The notes: generated from the sequence alone by a model not told the origin. A stretch of 43,730 nucleotides of DNA from a virus (IMGVR_UViG_2617270944_000006), one strand, 5' to 3'; positions 13,569 through 23,955 are shown, numbered from the stretch's first letter. Numbers and translations are program-made.

Positions 13569-14318
13569 TTAACCTGCGGCGCTGACAGCCACCGCAGCCA
13601 CGGCCACAAAATCGCCGTCAGAAGTCATGCCCACAATGCTGACACTGCCCTGCTTCACGCCTTTCACCGTGGCCACAAGCCCGTTCAGGGTCACCGTGGC
13701 AGTCTGTGGATCTGTCGAATGTACACTGATCGCTTTGTCACTGGCTCCGTCAGGTTTTACTGTAAAGGTCAGCGTGGTGGTTGCTCCCACTTTTACACTG
13801 GCAGATGCTGGTGCCACCGTCAGCCCGGTAACGCTCACTGTTTCAGTGCCTTCCTCTGCCAGATGCGGACGCCCCACACCGCTGATTTTCACTGTGCGGG
13901 TCATCACGTCTTTTGAGGCAATGGTTTTACCCAGTGAGCTCAGCCAGCCACGGAAAACATCAACAGTGCCGTTGGGATATTTGATACGAAACGCGCAGAC
14001 TTCACCGGAGTCGAACAACTGAACCAGTTTTTTCTGCCCGCTGTCACCCGGACGCCAGGCCAGCGTCGCCGAAGTATCACCGACGGATTTCTGCCCCTGG
14101 GTTGTCGTTTTCCAGTCTGCATCTTCATCATCGAGATAAGTGTCATCTTCTGCATCAGCGGTCATTTCGCCAGGTTGCAGATCCTTCACCATCGCAAGAC
14201 GCAGCCAGTCAGTGTCCGATAAAGGGTTCGCAAACGCATCGCCCTTGCCGGTGTACATCCAGAACGTCGTTCCCGCACCTTTCGTTTTTGCCAGTGGATT
14301 TGGTGTGGTCATTGCCAC
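13569..14318 (-). CDS. V: Major tail tube protein V with C-terminal Ig-like (Big_2) domain
   Basis: 249 aa; strong similarity to lambda V as recalled (KGAGTT.W.Y.G.GD..ANPLSD.DW, YLDDEDADW, NGTVDVFRGW). Confidence 0.9.
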   Translation of the reverse strand: MAMTTPNPLAKTKGAGTTFWMYTGKGDAFANPLSDTDWLRLAMVKDLQPGEMTADAEDDTYLDDEDADWKTTTQGQKSVGDTSATLAWRPGDSGQKKLVQLFDSGEVCAFRIKYPNGTVDVFRGWLSSLGKTIASKDVMTRTVKISGVGRPHLAEEGTETVSVTGLTVAPASASVKVGATTTLTFTVKPDGASDKAISVHSTDPQTATVTLNGLVATVKGVKQGSVSIVGMTSDGDFVAVAAVAVSAAG

Positions 14319-14323
14319 CTCCT

Positions 14324-14725
14324 TTAATTCGTGTACGTGATCTGGTACGTGATTTCCGCCATCGCCCAGGTGGCCATCTCATTATCACGTTGATAGTTAA
14401 AACCGAGAGGGATCAGGGTGTCGATGAGTCCGGAAAGTGCCGGTATATCATTCAGAGCCGGGAAAATGGTGCTCTCCATCCACATATCCAGCTCTGAATC
14501 CGGTGCCTGTGCCCGGATGAAGACAGCAATATGCAGAACAGCCTGCCAGTCATCTTCATCCGTCATTTTTCCGGTGTACTGAGCATCACTCAGCCACACC
14601 GCCACGGCAGGCAGTTCCTGCGCATCAATAAATGCCGGAAGCCCGTCAAAAAACGTGGCGCTGTCTCCACACTGTTCCCGAAGGCGTGCCAGTACGGCCT
14701 GGCGGATTTGTGTATGTCGGTTCAT
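14324..14725 (-). CDS. U: Tail terminator protein U
   Basis: Motifs GATFFDG.PA, FPAVAV, DSELD.WMES, IPALS, TY.ITY match lambda U; start taken at the internal ATG overlapping the Z stop. Confidence 0.85.
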   Translation of the reverse strand: MNRHTQIRQAVLARLREQCGDSATFFDGLPAFIDAQELPAVAVWLSDAQYTGKMTDEDDWQAVLHIAVFIRAQAPDSELDMWMESTIFPALNDIPALSGLIDTLIPLGFNYQRDNEMATWAMAEITYQITYTN

Positions 14726-15300
14726 CGGGTCAGCCATAACCTCAGTTGTTGTTTCAGTGCATACCCCAGCTGTTTCGGCATTTCCGCAGCAATAATGCGG
14801 TCGCGGGCATCTTCAAATGCCTGTGTCAGCGGTCCGGACAGCGGGACTTTCACCACATCAATGGGGTAACGATTTTTGCCATCAATACGCCGCATCACAT
14901 GCCAGCGACCATTCGCCAGTTGCTGAATAAACGCATCCCGGAAAAGATATTTACCCACCTTCAGCACACTGCCACGGTACTGCAGTTTTCCACCACGCCG
15001 GGCCAGTCTGACCCGGGCTGTCCCCAGCTTAATAGCGGGCAGATTGCCCCGGTTAACGCGGATCCTGGCCGTCATTTTTCCTGACGGACTGGCTTTAAAC
15101 ACCCGGACACGCTGACGTACCAGTTTCAGGGGGATCCCTTTCACCTGGTTATCTCCCGCAACGGTATTCCCGGCAACCTGCCGGGTGGCGACCGAGACCG
15201 CTTTCTGTGCCACACGGTTTATCGCCCATGCGCTGGCCTGTGGCACCATACGGGTATCAAGGCTGTTCAGATTACGGATGGCGTTCTCAAGCCCCTTCAT
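14722..15300 (-). CDS. Z: Tail completion protein Z
   Basis: 192 aa, same as lambda Z; MKGLE.A.RNLNSL, NGRWHVM.R..GKNRYPIDVVK, ELGYAL..QLR. Confidence 0.85.
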   Translation of the reverse strand: MKGLENAIRNLNSLDTRMVPQASAWAINRVAQKAVSVATRQVAGNTVAGDNQVKGIPLKLVRQRVRVFKASPSGKMTARIRVNRGNLPAIKLGTARVRLARRGGKLQYRGSVLKVGKYLFRDAFIQQLANGRWHVMRRIDGKNRYPIDVVKVPLSGPLTQAFEDARDRIIAAEMPKQLGYALKQQLRLWLTR

Positions 15301-15311
15301 CCCACACCTCT

Positions 15312-15587
15312 TTACTCAATAAAGATCATTGGCTTACCGTTAAAACGTTCATGCCGTGTGACCGTCCATTGTTGTCCGTCATAAACAACGCGATCCCCGC
15401 GCCGTGGGCGGTATCCCGAAGAAAACACCACCAGAGAGACCGCAGGTCCGGACAGAGCATTCAGCTCTGCCAGTGTTTCTCCCGGGATCACAGTCATATC
15501 GACATCATTAATCGAGGCTGTCTTTCCCATCTTTCTGACCGTGATCGCATCCATACGCGCTGCCAGCCGGGAAAAGGGATCAGACAT
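15312..15587 (-). CDS. Head-tail joining protein (FII-like)
   Basis: 91 aa, positioned directly upstream of Z; RRGD motif and overall size resemble head-tail connector proteins. Confidence 0.55.
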   Translation of the reverse strand: MSDPFSRLAARMDAITVRKMGKTASINDVDMTVIPGETLAELNALSGPAVSLVVFSSGYRPRRGDRVVYDGQQWTVTRHERFNGKPMIFIE

Positions 15588-15903
15588 TGAGTTTTACCGG
15601 CACTTCTTCTGCACTGGTTCCGGCATCTGCCCAGACAACCCCGACCAGCGGATCAGAGCCGCTGTTAGTCAACTGAACTTTTCCGGACTTCAGATAAACC
15701 TTCTTACCCGTTTTCATGTCATCCGTTTTCAGCTTAGGCAGCATAAACACACCTTCGGTCAGGCCGTCGCCTGTTTCACCCTGTGGAATATCGGTCAGCG
15801 CTACCGCAAAAACATCACCCACCTGCACCAGATCTCCGCTGCTGATGGCTGCACTGGCAACAATCGCCACCGTTTTTCCTTCTTCTACAAAATTCTTTGC
15901 CAT
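15580..15903 (-). CDS. Small phage head-associated protein (DUF2190-like; possible head completion or decoration)
   Basis: Start at internal ATG (MAKNFVEEGK) with GGAGACAG RBS; Gly/Val-rich beta-type sequence, located just after the capsid gene. Confidence 0.5.
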   Translation of the reverse strand: MAKNFVEEGKTVAIVASAAISSGDLVQVGDVFAVALTDIPQGETGDGLTEGVFMLPKLKTDDMKTGKKVYLKSGKVQLTNSGSDPLVGVVWADAGTSAEEVPVKLNV

Positions 15904-15989
15904 AACTGTCTCCGCACAGCCCCGTTCAGGGGCTGATTTCAGGTACAAAAAAAGCCCTTACGGGCCATCAGAGTTGTTGTCTGCGACGT

Positions 15990-17948
15990 TTACGCCGTAC
16001 ATTTCACCAGACCGCGGTGATCAACTGGCGCGACACCGGCGTCAATACGCACTTTCGTTGTCACGCCATCCACACTGAAGCCCTCCATCTGATCAATATA
16101 TGGCGTATCCACACCGTTGAGATAAGCCACTTCAATCGTATCGGAGCCTTTTGACGCAGCCAGGTAGAAGGTGGTCTGGCTGTTATCATCAAGACGAGGC
16201 TCTGCAATAACGGTCGCAAAATCTTTCACCGGGTTAATAATACCGGCGTTAATGTCAGCCCCCTTGACACTTGAGGAGCGAATGACCTGGTTAGCAACAG
16301 ACTCCATCGCCGTCGGTACCAGTACGAACGCAGGACGAATATTCAGATGACGCTCCCCCTCTTTCTGAACGCGCATCAACTGGCGGGCTTTATCCAGCGA
16401 TGCCACGTCCATTGCAGCGCTCTCCAGTACGTTTGCATGTTTCGCTTTATCGAACAGACTTACATTATCTGTGGAGATTTTCGGGTTAGACGTCAGAATG
16501 GCATAAACCAGATCGGCAATAGTGGATTTCGCCGCACGGCCCAACTTCATCGGGACATCGGTCAGCATATTCAGATCATCATTGATAATGGCCTGACGGG
16601 TGATACTGAACAGCTCGCCATAGGTCGCCAGTGCAATAGTGGCCTGTTTATCTCCGGTGGTGACGTATTTATATTCCGCCCCTTCACGCACCTGACGCAG
16701 AGCACTGAAGCCCCCCATACCCACACGATGGGCAATTTTAAAATCAGACAACTGACCTGTCCGCGTCCACTGTTCATAGGTTTCAGGGGCATCTTCCCAG
16801 CCCTGCAGAATGGCTTTGTTCGCAACATCCAGCAGAATATTACCGAAGTCAGACGTACTGTGTGTGAACGCCGCACCGACCATCTGCATCGGGTTATAAC
16901 TGGAAACCCCAATACCCCGTTCAGTCAGTGACATACGGGCATATTCACGCAGGGTCATCCCGTTGTAGACATTATCACGTTCGGTTTTTTCAAATCCGGC
17001 ACGCGCCATCAGCGCCTGGCGGATCCCGTCCCCCACAAAATTACCGTTACCGGCATAAATATGAGCCGGGGTATTTTTATTGGATGGCGTGGACTCGCGC
17101 CCCATCTCGTTCAACAGCTTTTCGCGGGCCTGCTCCAGCGAACATTCAGGATCGGCAAGACACTGAGCCTGCAGCGTCTGATAACGCCCGCCAAACATGG
17201 CAAACAGATCATTAATACCGTTTACACGCGCTTTTTGCTCTGCCAGTACCTGCGCACGGATGCTGTTTTCATCCACCACGGGTGCTGCTGCCTGCACTGG
17301 CGTCCGGGAGGCTTCAGGTTCATTATCCTGTACGCGTGGAGCACTGTTGCGTGGCGGAGTAATCATGTTTCGAATGGATTCCGGCATCTTTTTAAATTCC
17401 TCTGTACGTTTTGACTGAATACATGCCATTGCCTTAACGGCTGGCGTTACCTGATCAGCAAATCCATGTGCCAGACATTCGGCACCGGACATCCAGGTCT
17501 CATCCGCCAGCATGGCAGCAATTTCATCGGTGGTTTTCCCGGTTTTCTGTGCATAAGCGGGTAACAGAACCGCCTCAACTTTATCGAGCAGGTCGGCATA
17601 GGTGCGCATGTCCTCCGCATCACCGCCCGTAAAGCCAAATGGTTTATGAATCATCATGAAGGTGTTTTCCGGCATAATGACCGGGTTTCCCACCATCGCA
17701 ATGACCGACGCCATTGATGCCGCCACACCGTCGACATAAACGGTAATGGACGCACCATGTGTTTTCAGCGCATTAAAAATGGCGATGCCTTCAAAGACAT
17801 CGCCACCCGGTGAATTGATATGGAGATTAATGTGGGTGATATCGCCCAGTGCATTCAGATCACTGATAAACTGCTTCGCTGTAACACCCCAGAAACCAAT
17901 CTCGTCATAAATATAAATATCCGCGTCACTCTGGTGACCAGCCTGCAT
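15990..17948 (-). CDS. Prohead protease (ClpP-like, S14) fused to major capsid protein (HK97 fold)
   Basis: N-terminal region has the ClpP-like signature (IYIYDEIGFWG..INSPGGDVFEGIAIFNAL..MASVIAMVG); long C-terminal region typical of a major capsid protein. The tracked ORF starts at 18209 but overlaps the portal; start placed at an internal ATG (MQAGHQSD), alternative starts possible. Confidence 0.7.
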   Translation of the reverse strand: MQAGHQSDADIYIYDEIGFWGVTAKQFISDLNALGDITHINLHINSPGGDVFEGIAIFNALKTHGASITVYVDGVAASMASVIAMVGNPVIMPENTFMMIHKPFGFTGGDAEDMRTYADLLDKVEAVLLPAYAQKTGKTTDEIAAMLADETWMSGAECLAHGFADQVTPAVKAMACIQSKRTEEFKKMPESIRNMITPPRNSAPRVQDNEPEASRTPVQAAAPVVDENSIRAQVLAEQKARVNGINDLFAMFGGRYQTLQAQCLADPECSLEQAREKLLNEMGRESTPSNKNTPAHIYAGNGNFVGDGIRQALMARAGFEKTERDNVYNGMTLREYARMSLTERGIGVSSYNPMQMVGAAFTHSTSDFGNILLDVANKAILQGWEDAPETYEQWTRTGQLSDFKIAHRVGMGGFSALRQVREGAEYKYVTTGDKQATIALATYGELFSITRQAIINDDLNMLTDVPMKLGRAAKSTIADLVYAILTSNPKISTDNVSLFDKAKHANVLESAAMDVASLDKARQLMRVQKEGERHLNIRPAFVLVPTAMESVANQVIRSSSVKGADINAGIINPVKDFATVIAEPRLDDNSQTTFYLAASKGSDTIEVAYLNGVDTPYIDQMEGFSVDGVTTKVRIDAGVAPVDHRGLVKCTA

Positions 17949-17994
17949 CCTGAACCAGGAATTATTCTTCGGACTGGTCGTCGGTGTACTGCGG

Positions 17995-19470
17995 CTACTG
18001 TCGTTTCGTTGCGGCACTGCTGCCTCCTTTATCACTGGCCGGATCGGTATCAAATACCAGGTCCAGCTTGCGGTTTTCATCAATTTCGGCCTTGCGCCGA
18101 CGTTTGACATCATCCGGATTACGACCACCTGCACGTACCCAGTCTGATTCTGTCGCCGCTCCACCACGAATCTGGATTTTCCAGGCCTCAGCCTCCTTAA
18201 CAGGGTCAATCCACGGCATCACCGGTCCGGAATACACCGCGGTATACAGTGAAGAACGGTCAAGATCGCGGGGTAGCCTGATAACACCGGATGCCACAGC
18301 CTGTTTCAGCCAGGCACGATACATCGGGCGGGTGACGGCACCAATAAACCAGTCCTGCAGGATCAGGTAGCCATCAGTGGATTCAACCAGCTCCTGACGC
18401 TGGGCGCTGTAAGTGCCGTTATAGTTGCGCGCTGTACTGGAAAAACTCAGACGACTGCCCGCCGCCACGGCACGCAACTGAGCATTACGAAAAGTTTCAA
18501 GGTTAGGATTTGGGCGATCCGACTTCACCATTCCGATTTCTTCGCCGGGTTTCAGATCGTCGTAAATAATGCCTGGCTGAATGGTAAGCTCGCGTTCATT
18601 CTCCTTGCTGTCATTACCATCCGTTTCATAGCTCTGTCCGTCGCCTTTGCGGATGTACATCCCCAGAGCAGCGGCGACCCTTGCTGCAGTCAGCTCAGAA
18701 TCTTCATACTCTTTCAGGGCGCTGAGGCGGATCAGCACACCGGACAATAAAGACGTCCCGCGCATCTGGTGCAGACGGCGAACAAATTTAAGATGCAGCA
18801 TTCGCTCTGCATCCACTTCTTTGGTTTCCATCTGCCGTCCGGATACAGGACGACTTTTATACACCAGATATTTTTCGGGACGCCCCCAGTCATCAACAAA
18901 CACGCCCTGATTCAGCCTGTTGCTCTCATCACTGGTCATGGGAATAAAGTCCGGCTCGAGCGCCTCCAGCCAGAAATGAACACCGGCAGAAGGCGTCAGG
19001 CTGTTTATGCGCCCGGAAACCATCTGGGCAAACACCTCACCATCGCGCAGCCAGGTACGAAGCATCAGACGTTCCAGCATCGGACGGGTAAACTGCCCGG
19101 TGACTTCCGGGCTGACAGACCATTCACTCCATCGGGTGCGAATCTCCGCAGCCAGGTCACGGGCAATGGCCCCATTGCGTAATACCGGATGTGGCTCGAC
19201 AATAATCCCGTTTTTCCCCACCACCCGTTCTTCCAGCTTGTCAAATACACCAATAACCAGATCGTGGTTGTTATCAAGGTAACGGGCCTGCTCACGTAAC
19301 GACACGGCCCCGTACTGGCTTAACTGGTCGGCAGTTCGGTTCTCCCGTCGGGCTTTGTGTGTCCGCGTCGTTTTTACGGCCTCATAAGCCTGGATCACCG
19401 CACGGGAACGCAGCCTTGCCGCTTTCCATCCTGGTGAAAAAACGCCAATCACATCATCAAGAATTGCCAT
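17995..19470 (-). CDS. Portal protein
   Basis: About 490 aa between W and the protease-capsid gene; start at internal ATG (MAILDDVIGV) overlapping the W stop (TGATG). Confidence 0.75.
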   Translation of the reverse strand: MAILDDVIGVFSPGWKAARLRSRAVIQAYEAVKTTRTHKARRENRTADQLSQYGAVSLREQARYLDNNHDLVIGVFDKLEERVVGKNGIIVEPHPVLRNGAIARDLAAEIRTRWSEWSVSPEVTGQFTRPMLERLMLRTWLRDGEVFAQMVSGRINSLTPSAGVHFWLEALEPDFIPMTSDESNRLNQGVFVDDWGRPEKYLVYKSRPVSGRQMETKEVDAERMLHLKFVRRLHQMRGTSLLSGVLIRLSALKEYEDSELTAARVAAALGMYIRKGDGQSYETDGNDSKENERELTIQPGIIYDDLKPGEEIGMVKSDRPNPNLETFRNAQLRAVAAGSRLSFSSTARNYNGTYSAQRQELVESTDGYLILQDWFIGAVTRPMYRAWLKQAVASGVIRLPRDLDRSSLYTAVYSGPVMPWIDPVKEAEAWKIQIRGGAATESDWVRAGGRNPDDVKRRRKAEIDENRKLDLVFDTDPASDKGGSSAATKRQ

Positions 19471-19682
19471 CAGAACCTCGCCAGCCGATACCCGGGATGC
19501 CCCCGTCGTCGTGTAATCAGAGCCGCAAGGCGGCGCTCCCACTCCTGCCGTCCCTGCCTGATCTCAGATAAGTTTTCCATGGTCATCTGCTGACCATTAA
19601 AGGTGACGGATTTTCCGTCCAGCACCGCCATTTCAGCTTCCGTATAACGCTGAATCATGGCTTCGATATCATTCTGGTTCAT
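19470..19682 (-). CDS. W: Head-tail joining protein W (gpW-like)
   Basis: About 70 aa, C-terminal RRRGHPGY resembles the lambda W C-terminus (RRRGPAGF); GGAGG RBS 6 nt upstream of ATG; overlaps the terminase stop. Confidence 0.7.
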   Translation of the reverse strand: MNQNDIEAMIQRYTEAEMAVLDGKSVTFNGQQMTMENLSEIRQGRQEWERRLAALITRRRGHPGYRLARF

Positions 19683-21778
19683 AACCATCCTCCGGAAGTC
19701 AGCCAGGGGTTAACATCGTCAGTTACTGTTTTCTTCCGTTTTTGTTTTTTAACAGGCGTGGATACCGGTTCCGGTGAGGATGACGGTTCGGTACTGTCCG
19801 GGACACACTCCAGCCAGGTTTCCCGGCTCGCCCACTCCGGTGCATCCGGCCAGCGGATCTTTTCGTATCCATGCAGAATGACCAGAGCCTCGGCATACAC
19901 CATCAGGTCAAAAGCTTCGTTGGCACCGCGACCCGGCTTACTCCATTTCCCGTCACTGCTCCGCTCTTCATACGTCAGTTCGTCGTAAAACCAGCTCCCC
20001 AGCCAGTCAGGGAAATGCACATAGCCGGGACCTGGCGAGTCACGCCATAACGCGTTATTCACCCGGTCTTTCAGTGCATCCGTCTGAAGAAGCCAGAGCG
20101 GCACATCACCTGCGGCCTGCGCCCGTCGGCCCGTTCGTCCGGTGTTATCAGGGAATGTACGGGTGATCAGTTTTGCGCGCCGGATGCTGTCGCCCTTAAA
20201 CAGGTAAATACGTTTACCAAGGCCATCACGACGGCAACGACGCCAGAATTTATAGGCATTATCAGTGACCCCGTCTTCACCGCCGGAGTCCACCGCCATT
20301 GCCATCAGTCGCATTTGTTGAGAAGGATCGGAGGCCAGCGGCCAGCTTTTATGAAAAACATCCGTCAGCAGGACATCCCAGTCTTCCGGATAGCTGGCCG
20401 GATCAATTCGCTGGCTCTCCCCGTCGCTGTCACCGCGCAATGACTGCGTGATGTTGTAACGATCAATAATCCAGCGTTCGCCACGGCTGCCATAGCCCGT
20501 TACCTGAACCACAAAACGGCGATGACGTCCCGCCTGCACATCCACTGTCGCCACAAGAAAATTAACGCCATCTGGCACACTGCGGGAAGGAACTGGCTCT
20601 GCCCGCTGCTCAAGCAGTTCACTTTTTCGTTGCTCCATGCTGGCGCGGGGAAGATAAGGTAATCCCCAGTCGGTGTTGATAACCGCCCTGAGTGTTTCTT
20701 CACTTCCTGTCGCTTCATACTCCTGTTCTGCAGTCAGTAATTTGTAAACCAGTTGCGCCCAGGTCTGATACGCAGCAGCTGGCCCTTCCATCCAGAAACT
20801 GGCGATACGGGAGCGGCGCGGTTCACCGGAAACGTTGCCGTTACAATCAATGACCTGACCTTCACGCAACCAGACTCCTGCACTATTGAGCTCACGCTTT
20901 TTCTCCGCAGTGATAATGCCGCTGCAGTGCGGGCAAAGTAGATACGCCGCCTCACTGGCTTTAAAGGGATCCGGTTCATTACGGTAGCCGGTCATGGCAT
21001 CCATGGCTGGCTGAAAATATTCACCGCAGTGCGGACATGGCCAGTACCAGCGGCGGCGGTCACCACGATTGTAAAGGGAAAGAATACCAGTCGTCGGTGG
21101 CGCTTCATGAGGCGACTTACGTCGCCATTTGCTGTCGCAGATGTCACGTCCCGGCGAGCTCTCCACCAGAGTCATCCCGGCGGACATAAATGTGGTGGTA
21201 CGTTTTGAGGCCAGGGAGAAACCATCACCCTCGCTGTCGATATTCTCCGGAAAACGGTCGTAATCGGTTAAGGCGACAAACCGGTAATCCGACGACGACA
21301 TAATGTTGACCGAGGGCCAACCAATTTTAAGGAACGAGCCATCCCTGAACGTCTTATCATGGACATTATTGTCATTACGACGTGGACTCATTCTTTTCTT
21401 TACCGCCGCACTGCTTCTGAACGTTCTGTCGAGGCGCTTTTTTGAATGCTCGCGGGCCTTATCTTCGGTCATCTGCACAACGAGCATGTCCGAAGGATCG
21501 CAAACGATGGTATAGACAATCCATCCATCGATCAGACCAATGGTCTTCCCTGTTCGCGCAGGACCAACAAAAATCACCGCATCGTATTCACGCGATGCCA
21601 GGCAGTTCATGGGCTCAATGATGTAGGGTGTCAGTTCAGGATCCCATGGCACCGAGTTACCAGCCCCCTTGGGAACACGCATGAATTTTTTAACAGCCTC
21701 CGAAATCGGCATGCGACGTGGTGGGGAAAATCCTGCCGATATGTCCCTTCCCAAATTTCGGGCTGATGAAAAACCCAT
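19679..21778 (-). CDS. Terminase large subunit (lambda gpA family)
   Basis: 699 aa; Walker A-like GPARTGKT; strong RBS TAGGAGGAATA before ATG; follows the small subunit. Confidence 0.85.
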   Translation of the reverse strand: MGFSSARNLGRDISAGFSPPRRMPISEAVKKFMRVPKGAGNSVPWDPELTPYIIEPMNCLASREYDAVIFVGPARTGKTIGLIDGWIVYTIVCDPSDMLVVQMTEDKAREHSKKRLDRTFRSSAAVKKRMSPRRNDNNVHDKTFRDGSFLKIGWPSVNIMSSSDYRFVALTDYDRFPENIDSEGDGFSLASKRTTTFMSAGMTLVESSPGRDICDSKWRRKSPHEAPPTTGILSLYNRGDRRRWYWPCPHCGEYFQPAMDAMTGYRNEPDPFKASEAAYLLCPHCSGIITAEKKRELNSAGVWLREGQVIDCNGNVSGEPRRSRIASFWMEGPAAAYQTWAQLVYKLLTAEQEYEATGSEETLRAVINTDWGLPYLPRASMEQRKSELLEQRAEPVPSRSVPDGVNFLVATVDVQAGRHRRFVVQVTGYGSRGERWIIDRYNITQSLRGDSDGESQRIDPASYPEDWDVLLTDVFHKSWPLASDPSQQMRLMAMAVDSGGEDGVTDNAYKFWRRCRRDGLGKRIYLFKGDSIRRAKLITRTFPDNTGRTGRRAQAAGDVPLWLLQTDALKDRVNNALWRDSPGPGYVHFPDWLGSWFYDELTYEERSSDGKWSKPGRGANEAFDLMVYAEALVILHGYEKIRWPDAPEWASRETWLECVPDSTEPSSSPEPVSTPVKKQKRKKTVTDDVNPWLTSGGWL

Positions 21779-21786
21779 TATTCCTC

Positions 21787-22326
21787 CTAGAGACTCTCTC
21801 CTTCCTCATCAGGAATTAATTCAGCAGCACAAGCCTCGTAGGATTTTTCCTGAAGAGTGTATCGCAGGTCATCAATGGCCTGCTGTACAACGCCAACGGC
21901 CTGAGGAGTCAGGGCGCAATCGCGTTCAAGAACATCCGGAATTGTCTCCAGAACCTGGACGACAGCCTTTCTCATGGACGAATAGACGATGACTACTTCA
22001 TCAACGGGGATGAGTTTTCGCTGCTCCTTTTCCAACTTGATCCTTTCATTTTCCGACTGGTACCAGTCCTTTCTCTCTTTCGGCTCCATACGGGATGGAT
22101 CATGAACAGAGTCTGCTGCCTCATGCTTCACACTAAACAGGGCAGGCCCGACATGCTGCAGGGCGTAAACGGGGTTCCCCCTGACAGTCGCAGCCACAGG
22201 AGTGTTGGCCGCGAGGAGCCGTTTTTTTACTGTGTCCCGGTGAAGCCCAAAGGCCTCGGCGATTTTAAAAACACTCCAGTAATAAGCATCACCGATCCCG
22301 CTCACATTTGACATAAGCAACTCCAT
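21787..22326 (-). CDS. Terminase small subunit (Nu1/NohA-like, winged HTH)
   Basis: 179 aa with N-terminal HTH (WSVFKIAEAFGLHRDTVKKRL), directly upstream of the large subunit. Confidence 0.7.
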   Translation of the reverse strand: MELLMSNVSGIGDAYYWSVFKIAEAFGLHRDTVKKRLLAANTPVAATVRGNPVYALQHVGPALFSVKHEAADSVHDPSRMEPKERKDWYQSENERIKLEKEQRKLIPVDEVVIVYSSMRKAVVQVLETIPDVLERDCALTPQAVGVVQQAIDDLRYTLQEKSYEACAAELIPDEEGESL

Positions 22327-22479
22327 CTGGCAGGTGAAAATCAGGTTTATTTATATATTTCAATTAATTGCAAACTAGTCTAATGACAGGGAGAAAAAAA
22401 TATTGTACAGCTGAAAAGAGAAATAACTTTTAATTATCAATAAATTACCAAACATGCTGCCGCCACCATGGAAATGCAA

Positions 22480-22560
22480 AAACTAGCCTTTTTCCGCGAC
22501 GCTCCCGCCCCGTGGCAGGGCCCCCCACTGGGAGGACCCGACAGCCTGACAACCGTGACG
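22480..22560. other. Candidate cos region: GC-rich island in AT-rich DNA upstream of the terminase small subunit gene
   Basis: Sequence ccgcgacgctcccgccccgtggcagggccccccactgggaggacccgacagcc stands out from flanking AT-rich sequence; position is as for lambda cos relative to Nu1. The exact lambda cosN 12-mer is not present. Confidence 0.3.
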
Positions 22561-22876
22561 AGCATCTGTAACAGAGCTTTACATAATGGCATGGGGATAA
22601 TTCAGAAGGACATCACAGCATGCCCACACAAATTAGTGTGAGTGTCCTGTCTCTTACTACGCGCAGGACTGACGAGCATGAGGGGAAAATACGAGAACCG
22701 AAATGCCTTATCTTCAGAAATGCAGCCGGCATCCGAACTGGACGATATTGTAAATTCACCTAAATACGAGGCATTGCTGTAGTTGAATTGCATTGCTGTA
22801 TTAGCCTGACAGTGACAGAATACGATATTGACTCTGTCACTTGTGAAATGGTCAGAATGGTTAGCAGTTATGGTGA

Positions 22877-23083
22877 TCAGTCAACCACCAGGGAATAATC
22901 CTTCGTATTCTTATCGTGCTTTACTAACGCGGCCTCAATTGCCCTGAATGCTTCCAGAGACACTTGATGTTCTATACATGCAATTACAACATCCGGGTAA
23001 CCCATCGAAATGGTGCTATTAAGCATAGTTTTTACACGAACCTGCTCCTGGGAGGGGGCATCAGTGTATTGATCTTTATGCAT
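22877..23083 (-). CDS. Hypothetical small protein (68 aa)
   Basis: ORF only; lies between the terminase and gnsB-like gene. Confidence 0.35.
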   Translation of the reverse strand: MHKDQYTDAPSQEQVRVKTMLNSTISMGYPDVVIACIEHQVSLEAFRAIEAALVKHDKNTKDYSLVVD

Positions 23084-23378
23084 TTTGTCGCTCCATGCGT
23101 TTGCTCTTCACTTACGGCTAAAAATATAACGTCAAATCACTCAGCATGAAAGAGTGAAAGATTCAGCGCGTTTCCCTTACATAATCTGTCGTTTGTATTC
23201 TCTTCAGGCATACCGAAAAGACTAGGTATTGTCACACAACCAATACCATCGACAATCGAGATTTATACCTATTCGGTAATGTTTAAATATAACAAAACCC
23301 CGTAAAAACGAGGTTTATGGGTAATTTGTATTGTTGAATAGCATCTGATGAGAAATTGATGCTAATGCTATAAACAGA

Positions 23379-23552
23379 CTAGATTAAATCAATCTTGATA
23401 TCATAGCTTTCAAGACCAGTCATTTTTTCCCGTGCAGTAAACTGGATACTGGTAACTTCTTTCCCGGTCTTTTTCTTAAGCTCAATGATTTTTTTTGTTA
23501 TATATTCAGAAATATCTGCTTCTGTTTTTGTTTTTAACTCTTCAATGTTCAT
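23379..23552 (-). CDS. gnsB: GnsA/GnsB family protein (57 aa)
   Basis: MNIEELKTKTEADISEYITKKIIELKKKTGKEVTSIQFTAREKMTGLESYDIKIDLI matches the GnsA/GnsB family closely as recalled; AGAGGAA RBS. Confidence 0.75.
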   Translation of the reverse strand: MNIEELKTKTEADISEYITKKIIELKKKTGKEVTSIQFTAREKMTGLESYDIKIDLI

Positions 23553-23724
23553 CATTTCCTCTTTTAGTCTGTTATGACTTTCCTGGTACACAGTAGTGTC
23601 AATTATATGGAGCAAGCGTATAAAAGATAAGATGAAACATCGCAATAATCAACATACGACGGTCTAAATTTCACACAAACAGATAAAGATGATTATCATT
23701 TATTATCAATGCATTAGAATCAAA

Positions 23725-23955
23725 TCAATTCAAGAGTCTCATTGCTGCTTCCAGAATTTCTTCTGAAGTTACATGCCGATCCGCTGCTACATAAATGACT
23801 TTATGATCTCCGGTCAGAGATGGAAACCCTGCAGCCATTACAGTGAGGTGTGTTGTTTCGCCATTTGGATATTCACGCATGATGGTGTTAACTCCGGTCA
23901 TCACTGGCACTACCATTGCTGGTTCAGAGTTAAAAAAAACTATTATTTTTTTCAT
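23725..23955 (-). CDS. Hypothetical small protein (about 76 aa)
   Basis: ORF MKKIIVFFNSEPAMVV...; no family recognised. Confidence 0.4.
   Translation of the reverse strand: MKKIIVFFNSEPAMVVPVMTGVNTIMREYPNGETTHLTVMAAGFPSLTGDHKVIYVAADRHVTSEEILEAAMRLLN

Noticed and set aside
22327-22876. Exact lambda cosN sequence (GGGCGGCGACCT)
   Set aside because: Not found by eye on either strand; only a GC-rich island is present, so cos is reported as a low-confidence candidate.
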